64,000 nt of DNA. Origin: Octopus bimaculoides (Eukaryota). Every line of letters begins with the position of its first letter. Position 1 is the stretch's first letter. The position numbers and the translations under genes are program-made. Below are positions 39,201-47,145 of this stretch, one piece after another. The stretch is taken from NCBI RefSeq assembly GCF_001194135.2, contig NC_068996.1, forward strand, positions 24,594,541 through 24,658,540, read 5' to 3'. The notes under the pieces are model-generated. The model saw only the letters and a list, made by a program, of their open reading frames with translations, had not been told where the DNA came from and did not search any database.

Positions 39201-40357
39201 ATCATAGTTTCAATTCAAGATCACACTTTGATCATAAAACACCTTCATGAGTTATGGAAAAGTGTCTAATGCTAAGTAGGTCCTTCATCATCTGACTGCT
39301 TCTCAGCTTAAACAAAATGTTGCCTTCTCGTCATTGAAGAGTAGACTTGCTACTTAACCATTCCTGGGTAGAATCATCACAAGTAATGAAATGTGAGGTC
39401 TCTATAACCATATCCAATGTCAGTGACAATGCTTAACACCCAATGAAACAGGAAGAATCATTCCCAAACCAGGACTACACCCAAAAAATGTTGTATGTTT
39501 AATGTTTGGTGGGATATGAAGAGTGTCCTCTATCATGAAGTGTTAAACAAAAATGGAAGTTAATGCAGAGAAGCATTGTCATCAATTAGAAATATTCTTT
39601 TTTTTTTGTTCTTTTACTTGTTTCAGTCATTTGACAGCGGCCATGCTGGAGCACCACCTTAAAGAGTTTTAAGTCAGAGAAATCAACCCCAGGTTGAATT
39701 AATGATGTGATTGTTTAGTTTTAGAATGATATTGTAAGGTAGAAGTGAAGAGCCAGATCTGGTCAGTTTCAACAGAAAACAGGCTAAATATTTTGGCCTG
39801 ATATGGCCAATTTGAATGCTAAAGGGTCAAAGGCAAAGTTGAAGTTGGTTGGTTTTGAATTCAGAATATAAAAGAGGCTGGAACAAATACTGCAAGGCAT
39901 ATTGTCTGGATACCTTAATGATTCTGCTAAGTTACTGCCCTGATTTAAATGAGTAAGATATATTAGCCTTTTTGAAACCAATCACTCTGAGACTGCCCCT
40001 TGATACATGATACAAACTTTATTTTAAAATGATCTAAATCAAAACCATCTTCTATCAAAATTTCATATTGAGATCCAAACACCAGCTTAATAACAACAAA
40101 GTTATTTTACTAAATTCTTCGTTATTTTCAAAATTAATTCAAGCAACAGCATATTTCAATAGAAGTATAGTAAGAAAATGGTTAAGATCATGATCATCTG
40201 CAATTTATAGAAAATTATTTGTTATAAAACTTAATTTCTTTCTTACCTTACACTTTACCGTTCGCACAATCTTTTTAACCTTGGCTTCGCAAAATGCTCC
40301 ACGATATTTAGCACTAACATCAGTGCCAACACTGAGGAATGGTGGTTCATCCCCAGC
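70..40357 (-). CDS. ARID4B: Spliced gene model: AT-rich interactive domain protein 4 (ARID4A/ARID4B ortholog), 23 coding exons; start-codon exon not located
   Basis: Manually spliced translation matches remembered human ARID4A/B motifs: [24 protein letters not shown]; [23 protein letters not shown]; [17 protein letters not shown]; [14 protein letters not shown]; [22 protein letters not shown]; [15 protein letters not shown]; [14 protein letters not shown]. All introns are GT-AG with consistent phases and the summed CDS of 5727 nt is divisible by 3. A vs B cannot be assigned; probably a single invertebrate ortholog. Confidence 0.95.
381..527 (-). CDS. ARID4B: ARID4 coding exon v (C-terminal coiled coil): [48 protein letters not shown]
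   Basis: CAG acceptor, GTGAGT donor; 147 nt, phase 1-1; matches human [33 protein letters not shown]. Confidence 0.96.
1173..1337 (-). CDS. ARID4B: ARID4 coding exon u: [11 protein letters not shown]...[11 protein letters not shown]
   Basis: TAG acceptor, GTAAGT donor; 165 nt, phase 1-1; KYNFNL aligns to human YKWSFQL. Confidence 0.9.
1666..3957 (-). CDS. ARID4B: ARID4 coding exon t (2292 nt; polyQ/polyP, acidic tracts, NLS-like KKKKR; N-gap 3102-3285)
   Basis: TAGCAG tandem acceptor, GTAGGA donor at 1665; extends the 740-aa ORF 1628..3850; phase 1-1. Confidence 0.9.
4033..4662 (-). mobile_element. Three head-to-tail decayed SINE family B copies
   Basis: Units at about 4033-4249, 4265-4450 and 4468-4662, separated by (AAC/AAT)n. 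Confidence 0.75.
5024..5243. mobile_element. piggyBac-like MITE (TTAA flanks, CCCTTT terminus). Relatives near 11070-11223, 28830, 29980 and 39715.
   Basis: TTAA at 5020-5023 and 5244-5247; shared body GGCCAGATCTGG...ACAATGTCATTCT. Confidence 0.65.
6409..6468 (-). CDS. ARID4B: ARID4 coding exon s: [19 protein letters not shown]
   Basis: TTCTTCTTAATAG acceptor, GTTAGA donor; 60 nt, phase 1-1; alternative in-frame acceptor would start the exon at 6495. Confidence 0.75.
7267..7677 (-). mobile_element. SINE family A copy with an internal tandem duplication
   Basis: Same head and tail as 50272; ATAATAGAACACACTTGCCCAAGTGGGACTGAA occurs twice. Confidence 0.85.
8039..8801 (-). CDS. ARID4B: ARID4 coding exon r (S/T/P low complexity; contains N-gap 8297-8342)
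   Basis: CAG acceptor, GTAAGT donor; ORF 8031..8813 open on both sides of the gap; phase 0-1. Confidence 0.88.
8945..9350 (-). mobile_element. Probable Penelope-like element relic (GIY-YIG C-terminus and terminal repeat)
   Basis: LNDRMKT...QIPVPEH...FSI resembles PLE endonuclease ends (from memory); CTGATGA plus hairpin at 9071-9090. Confidence 0.4.
9792..9894 (-). CDS. ARID4B: ARID4 coding exon q (chromobarrel end): [34 protein letters not shown]
   Basis: TAG acceptor, GTAAAT donor; 103 nt, phase 2-0. Confidence 0.95.
10836..10903 (-). CDS. ARID4B: ARID4 coding exon p (chromobarrel): [22 protein letters not shown]
   Basis: CAG acceptor, GTAAAT donor; 68 nt, phase 0-2. Confidence 0.95.
11368..11536 (-). 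CDS. ARID4B: ARID4 coding exon o (acidic tract, chromobarrel start): [11 protein letters not shown]...[23 protein letters not shown]
   Basis: CAG acceptor, GTTTGT donor; 169 nt, phase 2-0. Confidence 0.93.
12374..12830 (-). mobile_element. RTE LINE 3'UTR/tail, young copy
   Basis: CATCATCGTTTAACGTCCGCTTTCC...GGATGCCCTTCCTAACGCCAACCACTC plus hairpin modules. Confidence 0.9.
13057..13307 (-). CDS. ARID4B: ARID4 coding exon n (K/E-rich): [14 protein letters not shown]...EVDEEGDSK
   Basis: CAG acceptor, GTAAAT donor; 251 nt, phase 0-2. Confidence 0.9.
14892..15195 (-). mobile_element. RTE LINE 3'UTR/tail, young copy
   Basis: Very similar to 12374-12660 over ~290 bp. Confidence 0.9.
15360..15592 (-). 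mobile_element. tRNA-derived SINE family B, young copy. Others at 14355-14494, 18105-18306, 27250-27385 and 45857-46070.
   Basis: GGTGAGCTGGCAGAATCGTTAGC...CTGAGTTCAAATT (B-box-like)...GTCGACTTTGCCTTTCATCCTTTCGGGG; central domain resembles Sauria/Meta-type SINE cores (from memory). Confidence 0.85.
15643..16044 (-). CDS. ARID4B: ARID4 coding exon m (K/E/D-rich): [12 protein letters not shown]...ELPKKR
   Basis: TAG acceptor, GTTAGT donor; 402 nt open frame, phase 0-0. Confidence 0.9.
16320..17150 (-). mobile_element. SINE family A tail (16320-16546) and head (16990-17150) separated by a gap and unrelated sequence. Other pieces near 30560, 37600, 42660, 44440, 49440, 60570 and 63411.
   Basis: Young, CpG-retaining matches to family A. 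Confidence 0.8.
17748..17919 (-). CDS. ARID4B: ARID4 coding exon l (ARID end): [17 protein letters not shown]...AVKEEEK
   Basis: CAG acceptor, GTAAGT donor; 172 nt, phase 2-0. Confidence 0.94.
18590..18900 (-). mobile_element. tRNA-headed element with degenerate hammerhead tail and inverted 3'-end copy (copy 1)
   Basis: Minus strand: A-box TGGCATAGTGG, then (AAT)n, then GACAC-CTGATGA-A-GGTTG-loop-CAGTC-TAAAT-GTGTT. AATATCCGTCAAATGTAAA at 18880-18898 inverts the tail at 18626-18644. Confidence 0.75.
19012..19106 (-). CDS. ARID4B: ARID4 coding exon k (ARID): [31 protein letters not shown]
   Basis: TAG acceptor, GTAAGT donor; 95 nt, phase 0-2. Confidence 0.94.
20268..20362 (-). CDS. ARID4B: ARID4 coding exon j (ARID): [31 protein letters not shown]
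   Basis: CAG acceptor, GTACAG donor; 95 nt, phase 1-0; canonical ARID motif. Confidence 0.96.
20886..20958 (-). CDS. ARID4B: ARID4 coding exon i (ARID start): [24 protein letters not shown]
   Basis: CAG acceptor, GTGTGT donor; 73 nt, phase 0-1. Confidence 0.94.
22339..22445 (-). CDS. ARID4B: ARID4 coding exon h: [35 protein letters not shown]
   Basis: Less common AAG acceptor (TTTCAAG), GTAAGT donor; 107 nt, phase 1-0; phases fit both neighbours. Confidence 0.88.
23386..23465 (-). CDS. ARID4B: ARID4 coding exon g: [26 protein letters not shown]
   Basis: CAG acceptor, GTAAGA donor; 80 nt, phase 2-1. Confidence 0.92.
24928..25152 (-). CDS. ARID4B: ARID4 coding exon f (RBB1NT/PWWP-like): [11 protein letters not shown]...ELVGKVMC...YVPVLVVLP...[11 protein letters not shown]
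   Basis: CAG acceptor, GTAAGT donor; 225 nt, phase 2-2; aligns to human ELLGKVV...LVRSFIDSKF. Confidence 0.94.
25587..25869. repeat. Exact 283-bp direct repeat of 26587-26869
   Basis: No difference found by line-by-line comparison; offset exactly 1000 bp. Confidence 0.92.
25900..26380 (-). mobile_element. CR1/L2-group LINE 3' RT relic
   Basis: [18 protein letters not shown]...[11 protein letters not shown] resembles LLTLYKAQIRPxLEYC...SIQKRAIRLIG. Confidence 0.5.
26522..26616 (-). CDS. ARID4B: ARID4 coding exon e: [31 protein letters not shown]
   Basis: CAG acceptor, GTAAGT donor; 95 nt, phase 0-2. Confidence 0.95.
27068..27147 (-). CDS. ARID4B: ARID4 coding exon d: [27 protein letters not shown]
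   Basis: TAG acceptor, GTAAGG donor; 80 nt, phase 1-0; near-identical to the human motif. Confidence 0.96.
27163..27248. repeat. (TAT)n compound microsatellite next to the exon d acceptor; many other (TG)n, (TA)n and (CAT)n tracts occur throughout
   Basis: Direct reading. Confidence 0.9.
27388..27722 (-). mobile_element. tRNA-headed element with degenerate hammerhead tail and inverted 3'-end copy (copy 2)
   Basis: Head CGGGCATATAGTATAGTGGATAAGAGCGC...GAGTTCAATCC; tail GACAC-CTGATGA-ACATTGTG; 27641-27690 is the reverse complement of 27390-27439. Confidence 0.72.
27751..28082 (-). mobile_element. tRNA-derived SINE family C
   Basis: A-box TGGCTCAGTGG, B-box GAGTTCGAATC, central TGTTCTTGAGCAAGACAC...CACTCAGCTGTAGAAATGAG. 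Confidence 0.85.
28247..28340 (-). CDS. ARID4B: ARID4 coding exon c (Tudor): [31 protein letters not shown]
   Basis: TAG acceptor, GTGAGT donor; 94 nt, phase 0-1. Confidence 0.93.
29002..29067 (-). CDS. ARID4B: ARID4 coding exon b (Tudor): [22 protein letters not shown]
   Basis: TAG acceptor, GTAAAA donor; 66 nt, phase 0-0; aligns to human VQDDQVKGPL. Confidence 0.93.
29898..29990. repeat. 3 x 31-bp tandem repeat at a MITE end
   Basis: Unit CACTCTAGCATTTAAACCAACCATATTCAGC. Confidence 0.9.
33288..35515 (+). mobile_element. RTE-clade LINE, decayed and internally deleted (AP endonuclease, partial RT, PHD-like finger, thumb, 3'UTR, (GAT)n tail)
   Basis: VGTLKGRS...[12 protein letters not shown]...GGVGILL...ISTYAPQVG...VAGDFNG (APE); [25 protein letters not shown] (RT); WYGHVL...GRDRPRKTW. 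Contains stops and frameshifts. 5' boundary approximate. Confidence 0.93.
35987..37288 (+). mobile_element. Young 5'-truncated RTE LINE copy (N-gap 36371-37098)
   Basis: Uninterrupted frame [30 protein letters not shown]...[40 protein letters not shown]; same 3'UTR and (GAT)n tail. Confidence 0.92.
39200..39595 (+). mobile_element. Mariner transposase relic
   Basis: [12 protein letters not shown]...PKPGLHPK...[13 protein letters not shown] resembles IVTGDEKW...[17 protein letters not shown]. Confidence 0.6.
40247..40357 (-). CDS. ARID4B: ARID4 coding exon a (Tudor): [37 protein letters not shown]
   Basis: CAG acceptor 40358-40360, GTAAGA donor; 111 nt, phase 0-0. Confidence 0.95.
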
Positions 40358-40555
40358 CTGCAAAATAACAAAATAGAAATTCCATTTGAGAATCAGACAG
40401 CTTTGTTTTTTTTTTGTTTTTGTTTTTTTTATACAAATCATTATATTTCCAATATAAAAATAGATTCCTCTTCTCCTAAATAAAACAAATTCTGTAAACA
40501 ATGCAAAATGTGCAAGTACCAGGGAATCGACAGTAACTGGTAACATTTTGAATTC

Positions 40556-40692
40556 TTTTACAGGGCTTAGAAAAATTGAAAGACTGCTGCAATAAGTGTG
40601 TGAATTTGAGAGGGGAGTATGATGGATAAAATCATAATTAACTGATCCTCTTGCATTTTCTTTTACCCAAAGCCCGGAACTTTTCAGCACCT
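40556..40692 (+). mobile_element. Mariner 3'-end fragment; a related piece lies at 43780-43920
   Basis: [19 protein letters not shown] followed by TIR-like GCCCGGAACTTTTCAGCACC. Confidence 0.55.
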
Positions 40693-40741
40693 GCTAGAGA
40701 GAGAGAGAGGGGGGGGTGCGCACAAGTGGGGGTGCTGAAAA

Positions 40742-41610
40742 GTTCTACAGGTTTCTGCAGCTGGATGCCCTTCCTAACACCAACAATTCCGAGAGTGCAG
40801 TGGGTGCTTTTTATGTACCACCTACACACGTATCATTGACCCGACACCAGCATCAGCCACAATTATGGTCTCACTTGGCTTGACAGGTCAACACAAGCTC
40901 GGTATATTGCCAAGAGTCTTGGTCACCTGTCACTGCCTCCATGAGCCCCAACACTCAAATGATACTTTTTGCATGCCACCAGTACGGGTGCCAGTCAGAC
41001 AGCACTGGCATTGCTCATGACTATGATTTCAATTGGTTCAACATGTCCTCACATGCACAGCATATCGCCCAACAATTAAAGGGTGCTTTTAACTGGCCAG
41101 TTATGTGACACTGGCATCAGCCATGACTACAATCTCACTCAGCTTGTCATCACTGCTTCCATGAGGTTCAATGCACAAACGGTGCTTTTTATATGCCACT
41201 GGCCCGTGTGCCAGTCAGATGGCACTGGCATTGGCCACAACTACAATTTCATTCTGTTGAACAGATCTTCATAAGCACAGCATATCACTGAACAATTGAA
41301 AGGTGCTTTTAACAGGCCAGTGAAACAACACTGTCATCAGCCATGACTACAATCTCACTTGGCTTGACAGGTCTTCTCAAGCACAGCATATCTCCAAAGG
41401 TCTTGGTCGCTTGTCATTGCCTCTGTGAGGCCCAACATTCAAAGATCTTGCTTCACCACCTCATCCCATGTCTTCCTGGGTCTACCTCTTCTACAGGTTC
41501 CCTCCACTATTAGAGTGCAACACTTTTTCACAAAGCTGTCCCCATCCATACACATTACATGACCATTCCAATACAGCCATCTCTCTTGCACACTACATTT
41601 AATGCTTCTT
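40742..41610 (-). mobile_element. Decayed RTE LINE 3' portion
   Basis: Homologous to 57286-58311 (TTGGTCACTTGTCATTGCCTC, GGCTTGACAGGTCTTCTCAAGCACAG). Confidence 0.85.
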
Positions 41611-41621
41611 ATGTCCTACAC

Positions 41622-41900
41622 ATCACGTAAAAAGCACCCTTTGAACATTGGACCTAACAGAGACAGTAACAAATGACCTAGACCTTTGGCAAAGACCTGT
41701 TAAGCTGGCATTATGCAACTGGCAAATATTCTGGTGGTACGTAAAAATTACCCACTACACTCTTGATGGTTGGTGTTAGGAAGGGCATCCAGCTGTAGAA
41801 ACCATGTCAAATCAGATTGGAAACTAGTGCAGCTCCCCAGTTAAACAATCCAACCTACGCCAGCATGGAAAATGGATGGTAAATGGTGGTGGTGGTGGTG
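41622..41900 (+). mobile_element. RTE 3'UTR fragment, inverted relative to the adjacent copy
   Basis: CACGTAAAAAGCACC...TTAGGAAGGGCATCCAGCTGTAGAAAC...GCCAGCATGGAAAA. Confidence 0.8.
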
Positions 41901-44900
41901 GTTAAAACAAAATCAAAGGAAATTGGTGGAAGGCTGCATCAGCAAGTCATATTACTTGGTAAAAGCAAAACAACAGAAATAGTACAGTAATGCTGAGCAG
42001 AGTGGAGTATCCAAAGCTTCAGACATGTTGAATACTCCTCTCCTCTCCTCATGACAATTTCAATAAACTATATCTGTTGCCTCATATATACTCACATATC
42101 CAAGCATGTTTATGTGTGCAAGTGTGCATGTGCATGTGTAAGTGAATCTGTGTGTGTGCTTTGTTTATGAATGACTTTTTGGGCAAATGTATTTATGTAT
42201 GTGTTTCTGTGTCTGTGTGCATCTCTTTCCATGCATTTCATTCATTATTGTGAGTGTGTACAAACACACGTGTGTATGGGTGGATAGATGTGTGCATGCA
42301 TGCATATGTGCTTAAATGTGTGCATTCATGCATACGTTCAGAATGACTTGCATTTACATGTTGTGTGTGTGTGTATTTGTACTTTTAGTGCATTCCTTCA
42401 GTTTTCTTCTCTTTCATATAAAATCAAAATTCATTTTAAATTGTTGAGATAATAATAATCAAAATTCTTCAGTTTTGAGATTTCCAAGGATCAGATTCCC
42501 TTGAAATTTTTTTCAGGCTCAAGAGGTTACAGCTAAAGGCATAGAGATCAAAACATTTTATCATGCCAATGCATAGTTTTGTGTAAAAACAAGGAAGACA
42601 CCTACACACAACCAGAATTTGATTTTTAGTATTAGATACTTTTAAATACAACCACACACACACGACATGATTGTGTGGTTAAAAAGCTTGCTTCCCAACC
42701 ATGAGGGGTCTTGGGTTCAGTATCACTGCATGGTGCATTGAGCAAGTGTCTTCTATAACCGCAGGCTGATCAAAACCTTGTGAGTGGAATGGGTAGATGG
42801 AAACCAAAAGAAGCCCATATGATGGGCTTCTTTTGTTGTATACACCCTTGTCTTGGTATCATACAATAGTTGAAAACAAACAGCACTATCATACAAGTGA
42901 TACTGTTTGTTTCCAGTCTTCCAAGTAAAATATGTCCTGACATGGGGAAATATTGAGGACTGATGACAGGAAGGGCATCTAGCCATAGAAAATTTCCCTC
43001 AACAAATTTTGTCTGACTACTTGCAGGAATGGAAAACTTTTGCTGTTTCCTACTCTCTTTCAATTTCCCTTTGATCACACTCTCTCTCTCTCTCGTTCTC
43101 TTGTTTTCCCTCTGACTAGGTAACCAAGTATCTCCTTTACATCAGCACACTTGTTTCTGGGCTCTTTCTTGTTACCTCCCACCCTTCTCTCTCTCCCTCA
43201 ACGGGTAACCACATACCTCCTCTATAGTAAGACAGCTATTTCTGTTACACTCTAACCTTTCATCATTTGATAGTGGATCCCTTTATCTCATGTTCCCTCT
43301 GTTGTGGCAAGACACCTGCTTCTGTCTCTCTGTCTTTTTGTCACACTCTAACCTTTCATCCTCTGACACAAGTTCACCTCCTCAAATACCCCTGCCTCTC
43401 TCATAATTCCTTGTCTTGTGAGTTACTTGGTTACCCTGCCAGTGCTGGTGCCACGTTAAAAGCATCCAGTCTACACTGTAACATGGTTGGCATTTCAAAG
43501 GTCATCCACCTGTAAAAATCATGCCCAAACTAACCTCACCTGTGCTAATGTCATGTAAAAAGCACTGAGTCCACTCTGTGGAGTGGTTGGTGTTAGGAAG
43601 GGGATCCAGCAGTAAAATCCCTACCAAAACAGATACAGTAACCTAGGGTAGTTTTCTACCTGGCCAGCTCCTGTCAACCATCCTACCCATGCATGTATGG
43701 AAGATGGATGTTAAACGATGATGATGATGGTGATTATATTATATATATATACATATATATATATATATACACACACACATGAGGGTGCTGGAAAATGTTT
43801 GGCTTTAAGCATATCGCAAAATGCCTAGTTGGAGGCCCAACCTTCTTTCTTTTACAGGGCCTAGAAAAACCGAAGGAATGCTGCAATAAGTGAGAATCTG
43901 TGAGGAGAATATGTTGAATAGAATTTGTGTAAAAACCCTAATTTTTAAATTTATAAAATAAAATCAGAGCAAAACAAGTGTGTCAATTTTCCTTTACAAA
44001 TGAAGCTATTTCATTCCAACATTGTTGATGTCCTTAGGAGATGGCATCAAATTCAAACAATCTATGTTCCTTTTTCCAAATCTACAGAAACTGGTTTCTA
44101 GTCAAAAGAGACTAGTTTTAGAATTAAATGAATTTGGAAAATGCAAAATGGTTTGATCTTGAAAATCATCTTTATTCATCACTATTTAACGTCTACTTTT
44201 CTATGCTTGCATGGGTCAGACAGAAGTTGTTGAAAATTTTCTAAAGCCAGATGCCCTTTGTGTCACCAACCCTCACTTGTTTCTAAGTAAAATAATAGTT
44301 CCCCATGGCCAGACATGTTTCTGCAGAATATTGGAAGTAAATGACATATTGGAAGAAAATGACATATTGGAAGTAAATGACTCAGTGCTTGTTATGTCAG
44401 TGACACTCATTTAAAATTATTGCATGATGTCAAGACAAGGACACACACACACACACGCTCACTGGTCTTCTTTCAGTTTTTATCTACTCAATCCACTCAC
44501 TACACTTTGCTTGGCCCAGGGCTATAATAGAACACATTCACCCAAGGTGTCACGCAATGAGCCTGAACCTGAAACCATGTGGTTGCGAAGCAAACTTCTA
44601 AGTTACATAGCCATACCAGCACCTATAAAGTTTGCAGAAAAAATTTTATTTTAAATATTATCCCAGTAGAAGTGCTGGATTTCAAAAGCTAAGAGGTGAT
44701 TAAACTCATGACTCAGCACTTTCCACACTGTTTCTCTAACATGAACTAGTTGTAAATCAAGAAAACACTCAAATTAGAAATTAATATTATTCACACACTG
44801 AAAGTAATTAATATTCATTCCATCAAGTCAAGTCATTCATATAGAAATAAAGCATGTGTAGATTTAATTCATAATCAGATTTCAGTGACAGCTCATCCAT

Positions 44901-46084
44901 AGCAAAAATAATTACTTTGAATCAAATCACAAGAATAAAGGTTACATTTATAATTATGTTACCACACAACATGCAGAATGGAATACTATTCCCACTTAAT
45001 TTTGATTTATTAAAGGATTGCAATGATTCATATTTCAACATGATCTTTTATTATCATCATCATCGCTATTTTCCATGCTTGCATGTATTGGATGGCTTGA
45101 CAGAAACTGGCAAGGCCAGGGGTCATACCAGGTTTCATAGTCTGTTTTGATATTGTTTCTACAGGTGGATGCCCTTTCTAACACCAACAACTTTACACAG
45201 TGTACTGGGTCATTTTTACATAACACCATCACAAGTGCTTTTTACATGGCTACCTTGGTTCTAGGGCTTCAATTCTGTTGGGCTGAGCAGATCTTTATTG
45301 ATATGATAGATTCATAGTATTTTTTAACAATTCAGATGACTTCATTTTAAATTGTTTACTTGCATATGAACTTAGTGTGTTACTAATATTACAATGAACC
45401 AAAATGAGAGATACTGAATAACCATTTGGCCTGCTAGTGAGAGCAACCAAATCGCTCTGAAATCACACCTTATTGATATAAAATAAAGAAAGGTTATATC
45501 AGATAATGTAGTCCTGGTACATACATGAGGCACAGGCATGGCTGAGTGGTTAGGAAGTTTGCTTCATGACCACACGGTTTCAGGTTCAATTCCAGTGAAT
45601 GACATTTTCTTATAAACATAGGCATATTACCACAGTCACCAGCTGGGCAGTGATGATGTTTGTTTATGACCAACATAAACAATTTTCTTTCAGTGCAGTA
45701 TTTCAGCATGTGAAAACCAGTAGAATAAAGGTTCACATCAGGAAGGGCATCCTGTCATAAAATACTGCCCTAAGAAGTCTCAATCAATCCATACCAGCAC
45801 ATAAAAAGTGAACACAAAAATGATGACAATGGTAATATCTATTCATGATATAAGGCAATGAACTGGCAAAATCATTAGCATGCCGGACAGAATGCTTAGT
45901 AGCATTTTTTCTCATTTTACACTCTGAGTTCAAATGCCACCAAGGTCAACTTTGTCTTTCATCCTTTTGGAGTTCATAAAATAAGCACCAGTTGAAAAGT
46001 AGGGTTTATCTAATTGGTTTACCCACTTTCCTACAACTGTTGGCCTTGTGCTAAAATTTGAAACCAATATGTATTCATGATATA

Positions 46085-46222
46085 TCATCATCATCGTTCA
46101 ACATCTGCTTACCATGCTAGCATGGGTTGGACGATTTGACAGGATTGGTGAACCAGATGGCTACACCAGGCTCCAATCTGATTTGGCAGAGTTTCTACAG
46201 CTGGATGCCCTTCCTAACGCCA
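46085..46222 (-). mobile_element. RTE tail fragment
   Basis: Same terminal ~135 bp as 12374 and 14892. Confidence 0.85.
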
Positions 46223-46245
46223 TAATACGTACATATAGATATATA

Positions 46246-46484
46246 CAGGGTTGGCCAAAAGTCACCTGACAGTAAATCAAAACCATTTAATTCCAAGAAT
46301 TATTTATATTTAATAACTGAATGAGACTACGTTAATGAATAGACAAATGTTGAAAAAAAAAGCAGTGATTTTAACTCACAGCATTCAATTATTAAACATT
46401 CATAATTGGAATGAATAAATAAAACTGAATATTAAGTATTTATAGAATTTTGATTTACTGTCGGATGATGTCTGGCCAACTCTA
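46246..46484. mobile_element. Tc1/mariner-type MITE
   Basis: Imperfect ~37-bp TIRs CAGGGTTGGCCAAAAGTCACCTGACAGTAAATCAAAA in TA context. Confidence 0.7.
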
Positions 46485-46559
46485 AATATATGTGTGTTTT
46501 TGTGCATTTAGGCACCCAAAGACCATGTTATTGTGTTCCACTGGGCAACAGGTTAAGCA

Positions 46560-46990
46560 TACCACCTAAAGTGGCCCAAAACAGGATTAGAACTCCAAAT
46601 GAAAGCTTGCTGGAACCCATGCTCTAACATCCTTGTAAATCAATGGTCGCACACGTACAAATGTGTGTGAATATTTGAATCTCTTATCACCACTTTGTCC
46701 AACTATCATCCACCTTATGCATGACATCTCCATACCAGCAGCAGTCTCCAGTCTTGCATAGTACAGTGATTCCACTTAGATTTCTCTTGGCTCCTTTGTG
46801 CTTGGTAATTCATTTACACTCACATTGAACATCTAATAAAGCACATGCTCAGCTTTGTTTTCCTAACCTTAAACACACCACCAGCATTCATGTTAAGTAT
46901 TTCACAACCATGCAATAATGCATTTTGCATACAAATATCATACAACATGCGTAGAAAATTTCTTTATTGCCAATGGAGGTAACGTAACCA
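46560..46990 (-). mobile_element. Old RTE LINE thumb-region relic
   Basis: Degenerate RMLYDICMQNALLHGCE...MFNVSV...RLETAAGME, alignable to the RTE copy at 34600-34900. Confidence 0.55.
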
Positions 46991-47145
46991 GATAAAATAG
47001 CTTTCTGGCAACAAGGAGAGAAAGCAGAAAACTTTATCATAGACATTTGAGAAAGCTTTTGGTCACTATATTCCTCCCAAGTTCACATCAACAAAATAGT
47101 TAAGTGTACATCAGCTTTCTTTATACAATTTTATCAGGTGGCATA

